53,996 nt of DNA. It comes from Verrucomicrobiota bacterium. GTDB lineage: Bacteria > Verrucomicrobiota > Verrucomicrobiia > Limisphaerales > UBA9464. This document shows positions 22,424-31,166 of this stretch, in pieces (the stretch's first letter is position 1; every line of letters begins with the position of its first letter). The notes beneath the pieces were generated by a model that searched no databases, was not told the DNA's origin, and saw only the letters and a program-made list of their open reading frames with translations. A program made the translations under genes and the position numbers. The DNA lies in NCBI GenBank assembly GCA_026397755.1, contig JAPLUF010000090.1, positions 1 to 53,996 on the forward strand. The letters are read 5' to 3'.

Positions 22424-23725
22424 TCAGAACAGTTGCCCGCCGGAGCGGCCACCGCCGCTATTCCCAAAGGTACCCGATCCACTGGAGGTACTGCCCGTGG
22501 TCTGGTTGTTGTTTTGCTGGCGCTGCATGAGCGCACTGTTCTGGGCGGTACCGCTGGTGCCTGTCCGGCTGCCCGATGTGCTCTGGAACATGTTCTGCAG
22601 CACCTGCGCCGCCTGCTGAGGGTCGCCGTTGTTCATACGAAACACGTGCACTTGCTGGTCCCGGGTGGAGACCACATCCAATTCGCGAACCATACCAGCG
22701 ATCTGGGTCATCAAATTCTTGGAAGCAGTTACGATCACCGAGGAAGTCCTGGAGTCGGGTACTGCCATGACCTGCGATGCACGCCGGATCCGATCGTTTT
22801 GTCCGGATGCGGAATTACCACCACCCCCGCCTCCGCCTCCGCCTCCGCCTCGTCCCCCGCCTCCGCCTCCGCCTCCGCCACCCATCATTGCCGCAAAACC
22901 TCCTGCTCCTCCAAAGGGTCCTCCACCAAACCGGACCGGTGCCTGATTGTTGTTGCCCGAACTGCTAGTGCTGGGAAACACCCCAGACAGCGCTGAGGCA
23001 ACATCGGACGGGCTGGCATGGGTCAGATGGAACACGCGAATCTCCGTCTCTGCTTCGGCGCTCGAATCAATGGCTTTGATGATCTCCACCATGTGCCGAA
23101 TATTGGCTTGGGTGTCCGTCATCACGATGGAGTTGCCGGCGGCGTTGGCCACGAAGGTCGCCTGAGGAGAAATGAAGGAAACCAGATCCTTGGCCAATTG
23201 CTCGGCCTCGACGTATCGGATCGGAATGATTTGCGTCACGATCTCATCGTTCTTCGGGATCATCCGGGGATCGTTGTTCACCTTCACCGGGATGTCCCGG
23301 GTCTTGGCCGCAGTGCGGTCGATAATGGTCAGAGTTCGACCATCCCGAATGGCGGCCAGGCCATTCTTGTTGAGTGCTGAACTCAGAAAATCCACCGCCT
23401 CGTCCTGACTCATGGGCTTGGCGCTAATCACGTTGACGGTGCCCTTAATAGGCGCGTCCAAAACGATGATGAACCCCGCCGCTTCGCTCAGGTATTCAAG
23501 AACCTGCTCCAATGGAGCATTCCTGAAATTCATCTGAATTCCCGCAGCGCTGCCGGCCGCCGAGTTCTGCTCCCGGGGCACGGGCGACGGACTCGCGGTC
23601 GTTTCCGTTCGGGTGATGGCTGGGGCATTGCTGGTGGGTGCTCCGGCATCCTGGGCTACCAGGCCGCCAGCCAAATATCCCACAGCACAGGCAGCGCCAA
23701 AGGCTCGAGTGATCAAGGTCTTCAT
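22424..23725 (-). CDS. Secretin N-terminal half: signal peptide plus N0/N1/N2-like periplasmic domains, with no pore domain
   Basis: Signal MKTLITRAFGAACAVGYLAGGLVAQD. N0-like NFRNAPLEQVLEYLSEAAGFIIVLD..VKGTVNVI. Repeats of the secretin_N pattern: IPIRYVEAEQLAKDL...NSIVMTDTQANIRHMVEIIKAID; IRVFHLTHASPSDVASAL; VMAVPDSRTSSVIVTASKNLMTQIAGMVRELD; VHVFRMNNGDPQQAAQVLQNMF. The ORF ends 11 nt before the next ORF. Confidence 0.8.
   Translation of the reverse strand: MKTLITRAFGAACAVGYLAGGLVAQDAGAPTSNAPAITRTETTASPSPVPREQNSAAGSAAGIQMNFRNAPLEQVLEYLSEAAGFIIVLDAPIKGTVNVISAKPMSQDEAVDFLSSALNKNGLAAIRDGRTLTIIDRTAAKTRDIPVKVNNDPRMIPKNDEIVTQIIPIRYVEAEQLAKDLVSFISPQATFVANAAGNSIVMTDTQANIRHMVEIIKAIDSSAEAETEIRVFHLTHASPSDVASALSGVFPSTSSSGNNNQAPVRFGGGPFGGAGGFAAMMGGGGGGGGGGRGGGGGGGGGGGNSASGQNDRIRRASQVMAVPDSRTSSVIVTASKNLMTQIAGMVRELDVVSTRDQQVHVFRMNNGDPQQAAQVLQNMFQSTSGSRTGTSGTAQNSALMQRQQNNNQTTGSTSSGSGTFGNSGGGRSGGQLF
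22815..22935. repeat. cgcctc-type hexamer run encoding a poly-Gly tract in the secretin N-half
   Basis: ccgcctccgcctccgcctccgcctcgtcccccgcctccgcctccgcctccgcc. The protein reads FGGGPFGGAGGF..GGGGGGGGGGRGGGGGGGGGGG. Confidence 0.85.
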
Positions 23726-24336
23726 TTCATCTCCTGTTCCCGTTTTTTCAAAAGCCGCTTCAAAATTTCATCGGATCCTGGGGGATCCTCGCTCGGAGTC
23801 GTCGGCGACGCGGCCGCTGTTCCGGTCGCTCCCTCGGCTGAGCCCACTCGCTTGAACCCATCTCCGCCGGTGCCGGACAACAATTGCCAAGCGCCCTCCG
23901 AATCTTGACGGAGACGTTGACCCACCTTCAGCAAAACTGGAGGGCGATTGGACCCCAACAAGGTGACCGACTGGGGAGAAACGAGGCTCAGGGTCTGACC
24001 GGCGATGATCGCGTTCACCTGGAGGGTCTTGCGAAGGTCCACGGTGTTTCCGTCAAAGAAGGCAAAGGTGCCTCTCGGATAGGTTATGACTCCCACGAGT
24101 CCAAACTCAGGGGCATCAGACGAGGCCACCGCCTTCGGCTTGGGCGCCGGTCGAGATTCACCCCGGATCTTGGGCTGCCTTTCTGGATCGAAAATATTTC
24201 GATCGCCCACCCGACGCGCCACCTCCTTGGAGTCGATCACCGACGTCGGATGAGTCTCGGCTGCGAAACCCAGCAAGGACCCAAACAGGACCCCGGCCGT
24301 TAGGGAGCCAATCCAAATTGAGGGAGGAACCTTCAT
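23722..24336 (-). CDS. GspC/PilP-like membrane-anchored periplasmic protein
   Basis: An N-terminal TM helix, an NIFDP motif, then a beta-rich segment GLVGVITYPRGTFAFFDG...IIAGQTLSLVSPQSVTLL resembling the GspC HR/PilP fold pattern. ATGA overlaps on both sides. Confidence 0.5.
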   Translation of the reverse strand: MKVPPSIWIGSLTAGVLFGSLLGFAAETHPTSVIDSKEVARRVGDRNIFDPERQPKIRGESRPAPKPKAVASSDAPEFGLVGVITYPRGTFAFFDGNTVDLRKTLQVNAIIAGQTLSLVSPQSVTLLGSNRPPVLLKVGQRLRQDSEGAWQLLSGTGGDGFKRVGSAEGATGTAAASPTTPSEDPPGSDEILKRLLKKREQEMK

Positions 24337-24869
24337 GGCTTAGACGAGGGATTGAGCACGAGGCCGTTGATTTGGAGGCTGAGAGTCAACTGACGACCGG
24401 CCGGATCGCGGCTCATCATCTGAAGGCTATCGACCTTGACGGCCAACGGACCCTCTTCAATCCGCTGGAGAAACTGAGTCAAACTGGCGAGAGACCCGGA
24501 AGTCTCGAGGCGACACCGCAACAGTTGGTAGGCGGCTTCGTCGCCCTTCCACTGCGGCATTCGATCCACGATTTGAGCCCCGGACGCCTTGGCCCATTCG
24601 TCGCAGGCCCTCAGCAGACGTTGCTCGGCCTGGGACGGTTCATGGGGCAGGGCATTGGTGCGCAAGTGATTCCACTGATCCCGAAGTCCTCCCTCGCGCT
24701 GGATCAACGCCCGTCCCTCGCTCACCTGACGCCGCAAGGTGGCGATGCGTGCTGAGCGCTCCGACCAAACTCGGCCCATCGGCGTGATGAACACGAGGTC
24801 GGCGATGTAGAGACCCACAGCGGCCAGGGTCACGATCATGAGCAGACGTTGACGTTGGGTGGGATTCAT
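24333..24869 (-). CDS. GspM/PilO-like assembly platform protein
   Basis: Start at MNPTQRQR (24869; ATGA overlap with the upstream stop). A single TM helix (LLMIVTLAAVGLYIADLVF), a coiled segment and a ferredoxin-like C-terminal region. Confidence 0.55.
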   Translation of the reverse strand: MNPTQRQRLLMIVTLAAVGLYIADLVFITPMGRVWSERSARIATLRRQVSEGRALIQREGGLRDQWNHLRTNALPHEPSQAEQRLLRACDEWAKASGAQIVDRMPQWKGDEAAYQLLRCRLETSGSLASLTQFLQRIEEGPLAVKVDSLQMMSRDPAGRQLTLSLQINGLVLNPSSKP

Positions 24870-26308
24870 CGGGCCATGCCTCCATTCCACACGAAGGTGA
24901 GGTTGAACTGCATCGGAGAAGCGCCGCGGGATTGGTCGTGGTGAACCTTGAGGACTCCGGGCAAGGCGCTCAGACGGGCCGTCATCGCCAAAAAGGCCGG
25001 ACTATCGGTGGCCGTGCCACTGCAGACCACCTCGCCTGATTCTCGAATTTCGATGACCTTGGCGGTCACCGATCCGTTCTCGGGGAAGGCGCTCGTCAGA
25101 ACCTCCAAAATAGCTAAGCCCCGGGCCGACTGAGGCGTCCACGGTCGGAATTGTCGCAAATCTTGCTGGATGCGTTCCAGCTCCCTGACCTTGCTTGAGA
25201 GACCCGCCCAACGAGATTCCAAGAGCGAGAGTTGGATTTGCTGAATCAGGAAAGCCAGAGCCACCAGGACAGCCACGCCGCCGGCGACCGTCCAGACCGT
25301 GCGTCGCTGCCCTTGGGCGTGACGGGCCAGGAATTGTTGGAGCACCGATGGCTTGGGCGGCAGGAACTCGAGGGTCGCCGGCCGCGAGGCCAGCACCCGG
25401 GCTGCGACCACCGCTGAAATTGGGAGCTCTTGAGACGAGGCCAACCCGGGCACTTCGGCGGTCTGGGGGCGGATGCGGAAACCGGCCACCGACAATCGCG
25501 TGGACAGCTCAGCGGCCAGCGTTTGGGCCAGGTCTTGGGGGCCAAAGATGCGAACATCGCGAATGGAGCCATTCCAAGGATCTGGGAGCTGCCCCAACGT
25601 AATCCGAATCTCCCGTGCGATGCTGTCGGCATGTAAAAGCGGTTGGCCAGTCGGGTCTTCGGTGACGCCTTCGAAGGAACGCAAGGCCACCAGACCGCCT
25701 CCAGCGCTCAATTGGAGTGTCACCGGACCCGGCCCGGATCCGAGGTGCAACGCGAGGACCCCCTCCGAGGCAGGATTTTCAGGAGGCTGGAGCTCGCACA
25801 GGGTCGCAGAAACGCTCACCAATTTGAGGCGCGCAGAACGCGTCCAACGTTCCAAAGAGGCCAAACGAGATTGCGTCAATGCGGCTAAGGTCACCCATTG
25901 ACTACCCTCACCCCGGACACACCGCGAGTGGGCCACCTGATGGGTCGAGGCGTCGCCGTGAAAACCCTTCTCCGCCTCCAGTTGCAACAAGCTGTGTGCA
26001 TCGGCATCGGCCAAGACTGGAATTTCAGTCTGGGTGACCAGCAGGCTAGAAACCGACAGGGCCACCGCACAGGTGCGTTCCCGAATACCAGCCTGATCTA
26101 GCTGAGCCCGTAGCTCCTTGCCGACGGTTTCTGGATCACCCGAATCAATGTCCAGAGACAGTTCGGCCTGAAATCCGAACGTTTTCTCAATCCCGTTCTG
26201 GGTCCGGCGCAGGAGGCTGCCCTCAATGCGACGGCCCTCCCACGAAAGCCCCAGAACGGAGGGCGGGGCTTTGCGCGGACGGGAACCCAGTTTCAGAAAA
26301 TTCATCAT
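24866..26308 (-). CDS. GspL-like protein (PilM-like cytoplasmic domain, TM helix, PilN-like periplasmic domain)
   Basis: 480 aa. The N-terminal roughly 300 aa has the PilM/GspL actin-like pattern (VLGLSWEGRRIEGSLL...AVALSVSSLLVTQTEIP), followed by TM VWTVAGGVAVLVALAFLIQQI and a periplasmic tail. Confidence 0.6.
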   Translation of the reverse strand: MMNFLKLGSRPRKAPPSVLGLSWEGRRIEGSLLRRTQNGIEKTFGFQAELSLDIDSGDPETVGKELRAQLDQAGIRERTCAVALSVSSLLVTQTEIPVLADADAHSLLQLEAEKGFHGDASTHQVAHSRCVRGEGSQWVTLAALTQSRLASLERWTRSARLKLVSVSATLCELQPPENPASEGVLALHLGSGPGPVTLQLSAGGGLVALRSFEGVTEDPTGQPLLHADSIAREIRITLGQLPDPWNGSIRDVRIFGPQDLAQTLAAELSTRLSVAGFRIRPQTAEVPGLASSQELPISAVVAARVLASRPATLEFLPPKPSVLQQFLARHAQGQRRTVWTVAGGVAVLVALAFLIQQIQLSLLESRWAGLSSKVRELERIQQDLRQFRPWTPQSARGLAILEVLTSAFPENGSVTAKVIEIRESGEVVCSGTATDSPAFLAMTARLSALPGVLKVHHDQSRGASPMQFNLTFVWNGGMAR

Positions 26309-26328
26309 GGGGTGGTCTGGGCCTTCAT

Positions 26329-27759
26329 CTAGCGATCGATTTGCTGGGCGATCTGCTCACGGACACGGTCGCCCAATGCCCAGCCCAATCGGCTGAGATC
26401 CTGACGGTAGAGGATCTTCGGGACTCCATCACTGATATCAAAAATGAACTTCACTCGGCGATAACCTCGGCCCAAGGGCCCTACTGCCACCAGATCGGCT
26501 CCATATTGGAAGCTCCGGGTCGTAAGGAGATCGCGGCCAGCCAAAGTGGTTACGGCCTGATGATCACGACCGAGTGCGGCCACCATCCAAGCGATGGAAT
26601 TCAGGCTCGTCGTATTTTGTTCCCGATACCGAACGAGTGTCGAGGCGGCGCCCTCTGCGGCTTCTTGAGCCAAGCCCGCCCCGACAAAGAGCGCGGTGAG
26701 GACCGTGGCGTTGGCCGTATTTAGGTTCACCCGCCCATAGCTGTAGGTATTGGTGGTGACGCAAAGTTCCGGGGCGATGCGTTCGAAGTCATCTTGGCTT
26801 AGGCCGCTGGTTAGATAAAAACGCAGTAAGCTCGGGAAATTGGGCGTCGCGGCCGCGGCTCCTCCCCCGCCTCCACCCCCGGGTCCCCCGCCCTGGGTGA
26901 AGCCCAAGCGAGTGAGAATTTCGCGGCTACGGCCGGTGCCGAAGGACGATTCGAGCAATCCCTGGATTTGGGCTTGGGTGTTGACGTTGGTGAGGAGGGT
27001 TCCATCGGCATGGAAATTGGGCTCCCGACTGAAGACGGTGGTCGTATCCAATAGGCCCGGAGTCGAATACAAGGATCCAGTGAGGCTGCGTTCGTCCGGG
27101 TCGAGAATCCCGTTCTGGTTGCGATCGTCCCCAAAGAGGTGATCTAAGGTAATGCCCTGGACCCAGCGCAATTCATCGACCGTTTCAAACGGACTCCGCT
27201 TGGCTTCATAGCCCAAACTCGAATAACCCAACTGCAAGGTCCCGTTGGTGCTCCTCCAATCTACGATGGCGGCTGCCAACTCGGTGGTCATCCCGGGCAA
27301 CATCGAGAGAGCATTGGAATTGGCCCGGTTGAGATTGAGCCTTCCCGACTCGTCCTGAAGGTTGAAAACCAACTGGTTGAGCCCGGATTCTGCGGCGGCC
27401 GGATTGCGGCCCAAAATCCAGACCTGAGATTCTCCGATAGGCAATGCCTGGCAAACAAACTGGGAATTGGTGGTCATCATCCCGTTTGTGGCGAACTGTG
27501 CCAAGGCCCACCCAACATAGCGCGCTGCGCCCTCGATGGCCTGACCGGCCGCCAGGTCGGCCGCTCGATTAGCCGAAGCCCGCAACTCCAAACTCATGGA
27601 GGCTGCAAAATAGAGAACCAGCGCGGTCAGTCCCGCCGTGATCCACAGCACGACCACCAAGACCGACGCCCGGGACCCGGTGCGAAGATCCATCTGGAGC
27701 TTGGGCCGGCCTAGGATCGCCCGCGTCCTCATTTTCTGGCTCAGGGTTTGAAGTACCAT
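26329..27759 (-). CDS. gspK: T2SS minor pseudopilin GspK
   Basis: N-terminal hydrophobic SVLVVVLWITAGLTALVLY without Glu5, and two helix-hairpin-helix-like motifs: LNLNRANSNALSMLPGMTTELAAAIVDWR and VNLNTANATVLTAL. Confidence 0.8.
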   Translation of the reverse strand: MVLQTLSQKMRTRAILGRPKLQMDLRTGSRASVLVVVLWITAGLTALVLYFAASMSLELRASANRAADLAAGQAIEGAARYVGWALAQFATNGMMTTNSQFVCQALPIGESQVWILGRNPAAAESGLNQLVFNLQDESGRLNLNRANSNALSMLPGMTTELAAAIVDWRSTNGTLQLGYSSLGYEAKRSPFETVDELRWVQGITLDHLFGDDRNQNGILDPDERSLTGSLYSTPGLLDTTTVFSREPNFHADGTLLTNVNTQAQIQGLLESSFGTGRSREILTRLGFTQGGGPGGGGGGGAAAATPNFPSLLRFYLTSGLSQDDFERIAPELCVTTNTYSYGRVNLNTANATVLTALFVGAGLAQEAAEGAASTLVRYREQNTTSLNSIAWMVAALGRDHQAVTTLAGRDLLTTRSFQYGADLVAVGPLGRGYRRVKFIFDISDGVPKILYRQDLSRLGWALGDRVREQIAQQIDR

Positions 27760-27761
27760 GC

Positions 27762-28466
27762 TTAGCCTCCGACGGTGCTGGTGGAGTTGGTGCGTGTCTG
27801 GGCGCTCACGGGCACCAATAATTCAACGCGTCCCGGGTCGGGACCCCAAGAAATCCCACGCTGAAGACGAATGCGGACGGCCACCGGAAGGTTGGTGGTG
27901 GTGCCAAAGACATCGGTGGTGTCCCATTGCGCGAGCCACTGAATGCCGTCGAAGGATTCCACATCCAGACGCGCCACATCGCGCAAGAGGAGTTGGTCCT
28001 CCACTTCGGCCACGGAGATGGCTAGAAGATTTCGGCACACGCCGCGATAAAGGTCCATCGAGGCCGATCCTCCTTCGACCGAATTCCGGAGACTGTAGGA
28101 AACGCGTTGAACCGCGCCCCAGGGCTCTGAAGCCCGCAGCGAACCGGTGGTTGTATTGAACTCGAGCGAAACGGGCTGGGCATTGACGGTACTGGACAGA
28201 GTACCGGCGCGGAAGGAGCCCGAAATGAGTCCGTTGGTCTTAGGGGTCACCGCACCCTGGATGTCTTGGCGCAGGGAATCGAGCGCCAGCTCCAGCGGGG
28301 CCGCCGATTCGATCGCATCAGAAACCGTGTTGCGGAGCCGAAGACTCGTGAAGAGGACCTGGTTAGCGACGATGAGGATGAGAGCCGCCGCACCGATCGA
28401 GAGGATTAATTCGATCAACGTGAACACCGATGGGTTCCTGCTTCCGGATGAAACTCGGGGGATCAT
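27762..28466 (-). CDS. Minor pseudopilin (GspJ-like by position)
   Basis: Start at MIPRVSS (28466; ATGA overlap with the upstream stop). Prepilin-type N-terminus SVFTLIELILSIGAAALILIV. Confidence 0.65.
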   Translation of the reverse strand: MIPRVSSGSRNPSVFTLIELILSIGAAALILIVANQVLFTSLRLRNTVSDAIESAAPLELALDSLRQDIQGAVTPKTNGLISGSFRAGTLSSTVNAQPVSLEFNTTTGSLRASEPWGAVQRVSYSLRNSVEGGSASMDLYRGVCRNLLAISVAEVEDQLLLRDVARLDVESFDGIQWLAQWDTTDVFGTTTNLPVAVRIRLQRGISWGPDPGRVELLVPVSAQTRTNSTSTVGG

Positions 28467-28885
28467 CGGATGGCGGTACTGCTGCCGCTGCCAGGGAGCG
28501 CATCGACGGGGTGACCCAGCGTGGAAAACCGGACCGAGGACTCCTGTCCCTGGGTCAAAAAGCGGACCTCGGCCGTCAATAGCGGCAGGCTGCTTTGCAC
28601 CCAGTTCTCGCGGGTCACCGTCCACCGGTAGTCCACCGTTCCCTCGACCTGAGTCCCGCTTTGCGTGGCACTGCTATTGGTGTAGAGGGTCGCCTCGGTG
28701 AGCATCCGTTCAGCAATGCGGGCGGCCACAGCCCGCCGAATAGACGCAGTGCCGGCTCGGCTCGCCACATGCAGGGCCTCGACCACGGCTGGGATAACGA
28801 TGGCCAAAAAGAGCAGAGCCGCCAGCGTCTCCGCCAGGGTATATCCCGCTCGCCGACGGTTATTGGAGACCGGTACGAATTTCAT
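28463..28885 (-). CDS. Minor pseudopilin (GspI-like by position)
   Basis: MKFVPVSNNRRRAG|YTLAETLAALLFLAIVIPAVV: a class III signal with Glu5. The start overlaps the upstream gene by 26 nt. Confidence 0.65.
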   Translation of the reverse strand: MKFVPVSNNRRRAGYTLAETLAALLFLAIVIPAVVEALHVASRAGTASIRRAVAARIAERMLTEATLYTNSSATQSGTQVEGTVDYRWTVTRENWVQSSLPLLTAEVRFLTQGQESSVRFSTLGHPVDALPGSGSSTAIR

Positions 28886-29462
28886 AATGACGGCGGTCAG
28901 ACCCTTCGACGAGCCACAGCACGGACCCATCCGAGTCCTCGATGCGGATGGCGTTGGGACTGTCCTCATCGATGGTCCCATCCGGCAGGAGCCGGATCGA
29001 CGGTTCGGTCCGGGCGGTGGTGGGTTTTTGAGAACTGGAAATTCCGGGCAGCAGACCCGTGGTGCGGGTACTCGTCAACGTCTGGCCGATAAGGCGCTGG
29101 GCCTTATCAAAGGTAATCCGGAGATGGTCATCGACGGTGAATTCTTGGGACAACGGGTCACCATTTTGCCCCCGAGTCTCGCGCTCGACTCCATAGCGAC
29201 CCTCGTTGGCATCGAGCCACAGTAGGACGGGCATGCTCTCAGAAATAGCCCGACTCCGGGCCGCATGCGTCAGGGCCAGAACCCGACGGGCCTCGGACTC
29301 CAAGGCTCGTCCGCGGATGAATCCCGACAGGCGCGGAGACACCATCGAGACAGCGACAACCAACAACGCCATCACCAGGATCATTTCGATCAAGGTGAAG
29401 CCGTGCCGCCGCGAATTCTTCGGGCAGTGACTCTTATTTGGCCGTCCAGTTGCCAAAGTCAT
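28860..29462 (-). CDS. Minor pseudopilin (GspH-like)
   Basis: ...NSRRHG|FTLIEMILVMALLVVAVSMVSPRLSGFIRGRALESEARRV resembles GspH/FimT. The start overlaps gspG by 29 nt. Confidence 0.7.
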   Translation of the reverse strand: MTLATGRPNKSHCPKNSRRHGFTLIEMILVMALLVVAVSMVSPRLSGFIRGRALESEARRVLALTHAARSRAISESMPVLLWLDANEGRYGVERETRGQNGDPLSQEFTVDDHLRITFDKAQRLIGQTLTSTRTTGLLPGISSSQKPTTARTEPSIRLLPDGTIDEDSPNAIRIEDSDGSVLWLVEGSDRRHYEIRTGLQ

Positions 29463-29889
29463 CCTCGGTTCCCGCCTTGCCGTCCGGCCCGATGGAGGAC
29501 AGGTCGAAGGAGGTGGCATTTTGTCGTCCCGGTTGAGCGTACAGATATTCGATGCCCCAGGGATCCTGAGGGATTTTGTCGAGGTACGGTCCGCGCCAGT
29601 TACGGGCCTGCCGTGGCGCCTGGAGGAGGTCAGCCAAGGTCTTGGGGTAGGAGCCATTGTCTACCTCGTAGGCGTCCAAGGCTATCTTGATCGAGGCGAT
29701 GTCGGCTCGTGCTGCCGACTGTCGGGCCTGTTCGCTGCGACCCATCATCTTGGGGACCACGAGGGCGGCCAAAATACCGATGATGGTGATGACTAACAGC
29801 ATCTCGACCAGCGTGAAACCACGGTGGCGACGACGTGTCTTGCCGGCGAGGGCTCCTGCCTGGGGACGAAGGGAGAGGTTCAGGTTCAT
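29434..29889 (-). CDS. gspG: T2SS major pseudopilin GspG
   Basis: RG|FTLVEMLLVITIIGILAALVVPK..ARQSAARADIASIKIALDAYEVDNGSYP...PYLDKIPQDPWG..Y...PG....FDLSSIGPDGKAGTEDD is the GspG signature. Confidence 0.92.
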   Translation of the reverse strand: MNLNLSLRPQAGALAGKTRRRHRGFTLVEMLLVITIIGILAALVVPKMMGRSEQARQSAARADIASIKIALDAYEVDNGSYPKTLADLLQAPRQARNWRGPYLDKIPQDPWGIEYLYAQPGRQNATSFDLSSIGPDGKAGTEDDFGNWTAK

Positions 29890-29903
29890 GAGGTCAGAAG
29901 GAA

Positions 29904-31163
29904 TTACTTGATGTAGTCTTGCAGCGAGAAAATCGGAAGCAGCATACCGATAAAGATGAAGCCGATAAAACCAGCGATCAGAAAGAGCATCAGCGGCTCG
30001 GCCAAGGCCACCGCAGTTTTAAGACGTCGGTCTAATTCACTCTCCGTGACGTTGGCGATGCGGATGAGTTCGACATCCAGTCGCCCACTCTCTTCCGCCA
30101 CCGAGATCATCTCCATCACGGACCCGCTGAAGAGGGTGGGACACTCCGCCAAACTCTGGCCGAGACGTCCGCCCTGCTGCACCTGGTCGATCGAACGAGC
30201 CACAGCATCGACCAGGATTTGGTTACCGATCGAACGACGCGCCACATTTAGTGCCTGAACCAATTGGACATCCGCCCCAATTAAGGTCCCCAGCATTCGG
30301 CAAAAACGCGCCATAGCAAATCGGGCACTGAGCGGACCCACGACCGGTGCCTTCAACGTCAGCCCTTCCCAAATGCGCCGGCCCGCCGGCGAGACGATCC
30401 AGGTTCTCAAAAAGAAACTCCCGAGCACCAACCCGACCAACACCAACAGACCGTAAGAACGTAGGATGTCGCTGGTGGCGATAATAATTTGGGTGATGAG
30501 GGGCAAGCCGCCCTTCACGCTGGCGAAGACTTTCTGGAATTTAGGAATGAAAAAGACCAGCAGCACACTCAGCACCACCGCGGCCATCAGCAGCAGAACC
30601 GCTGGGTAGATCATTGCCGTGAGCACCTTGGATCGGAGCTCCTTTTCTCGGGACTGGAAGTCAGCGATTTGCGCGAGGACAACGTCAAGAAATCCGCCGG
30701 CCTCACCGGCCTCGACCATCGCCGTGTAAACCTTCGGGAACGTTTCTGGGGATCGGGCCATGGCAGTGGCCAGGGACATACCATCCACCACCAGTCCGTG
30801 GATTTCTCGCCACTTCGCCGAGGCCACCGGCGACGAAGCCTCCTTACCGAGGATGGTCAGCGCCCGACTCAAAGGAACCCCTGCTGCGAGAAGGCTGGAG
30901 AGCAGCCGAGTGAAATTCTCTAATTCCTCCGAGCTCACCTTGGAACCACCAAAAGACAACCCGCCCAGACCCTGGATTCCATTGGCCGAATCCTTGCCAG
31001 GTTTGACGGTTCGATTTCCGCTGCCACCGGCTTCGGTGACGCTGACGGGACGCAAGCCTCGCGCTTCGATGACCCGCAAGGCTTCGGGACGGGTAGCCGC
31101 TTCGGCGGTGCCATCGGCCATCTGCCCATCGGCTTGGAGTGCTCGGTAGGTGAAGGTGGGCAT
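29904..31163 (-). CDS. gspF: T2SS inner-membrane platform protein GspF
   Basis: 419 aa with duplicated GspF domains and three TM segments; motifs such as LSSLLAAGVPLSRAL and MISVAEESGRLD. Confidence 0.92.
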   Translation of the reverse strand: MPTFTYRALQADGQMADGTAEAATRPEALRVIEARGLRPVSVTEAGGSGNRTVKPGKDSANGIQGLGGLSFGGSKVSSEELENFTRLLSSLLAAGVPLSRALTILGKEASSPVASAKWREIHGLVVDGMSLATAMARSPETFPKVYTAMVEAGEAGGFLDVVLAQIADFQSREKELRSKVLTAMIYPAVLLLMAAVVLSVLLVFFIPKFQKVFASVKGGLPLITQIIIATSDILRSYGLLVLVGLVLGSFFLRTWIVSPAGRRIWEGLTLKAPVVGPLSARFAMARFCRMLGTLIGADVQLVQALNVARRSIGNQILVDAVARSIDQVQQGGRLGQSLAECPTLFSGSVMEMISVAEESGRLDVELIRIANVTESELDRRLKTAVALAEPLMLFLIAGFIGFIFIGMLLPIFSLQDYIK

Positions 31164-31166
31164 GGG

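Noticed and set aside
22174-22946. Plus-strand proline-rich ORFs (PPPPPKPPPP…).
   Set aside because: They are the reverse-complement reading of the Gly-codon repeats inside the two secretin genes, so they are not independent genes.
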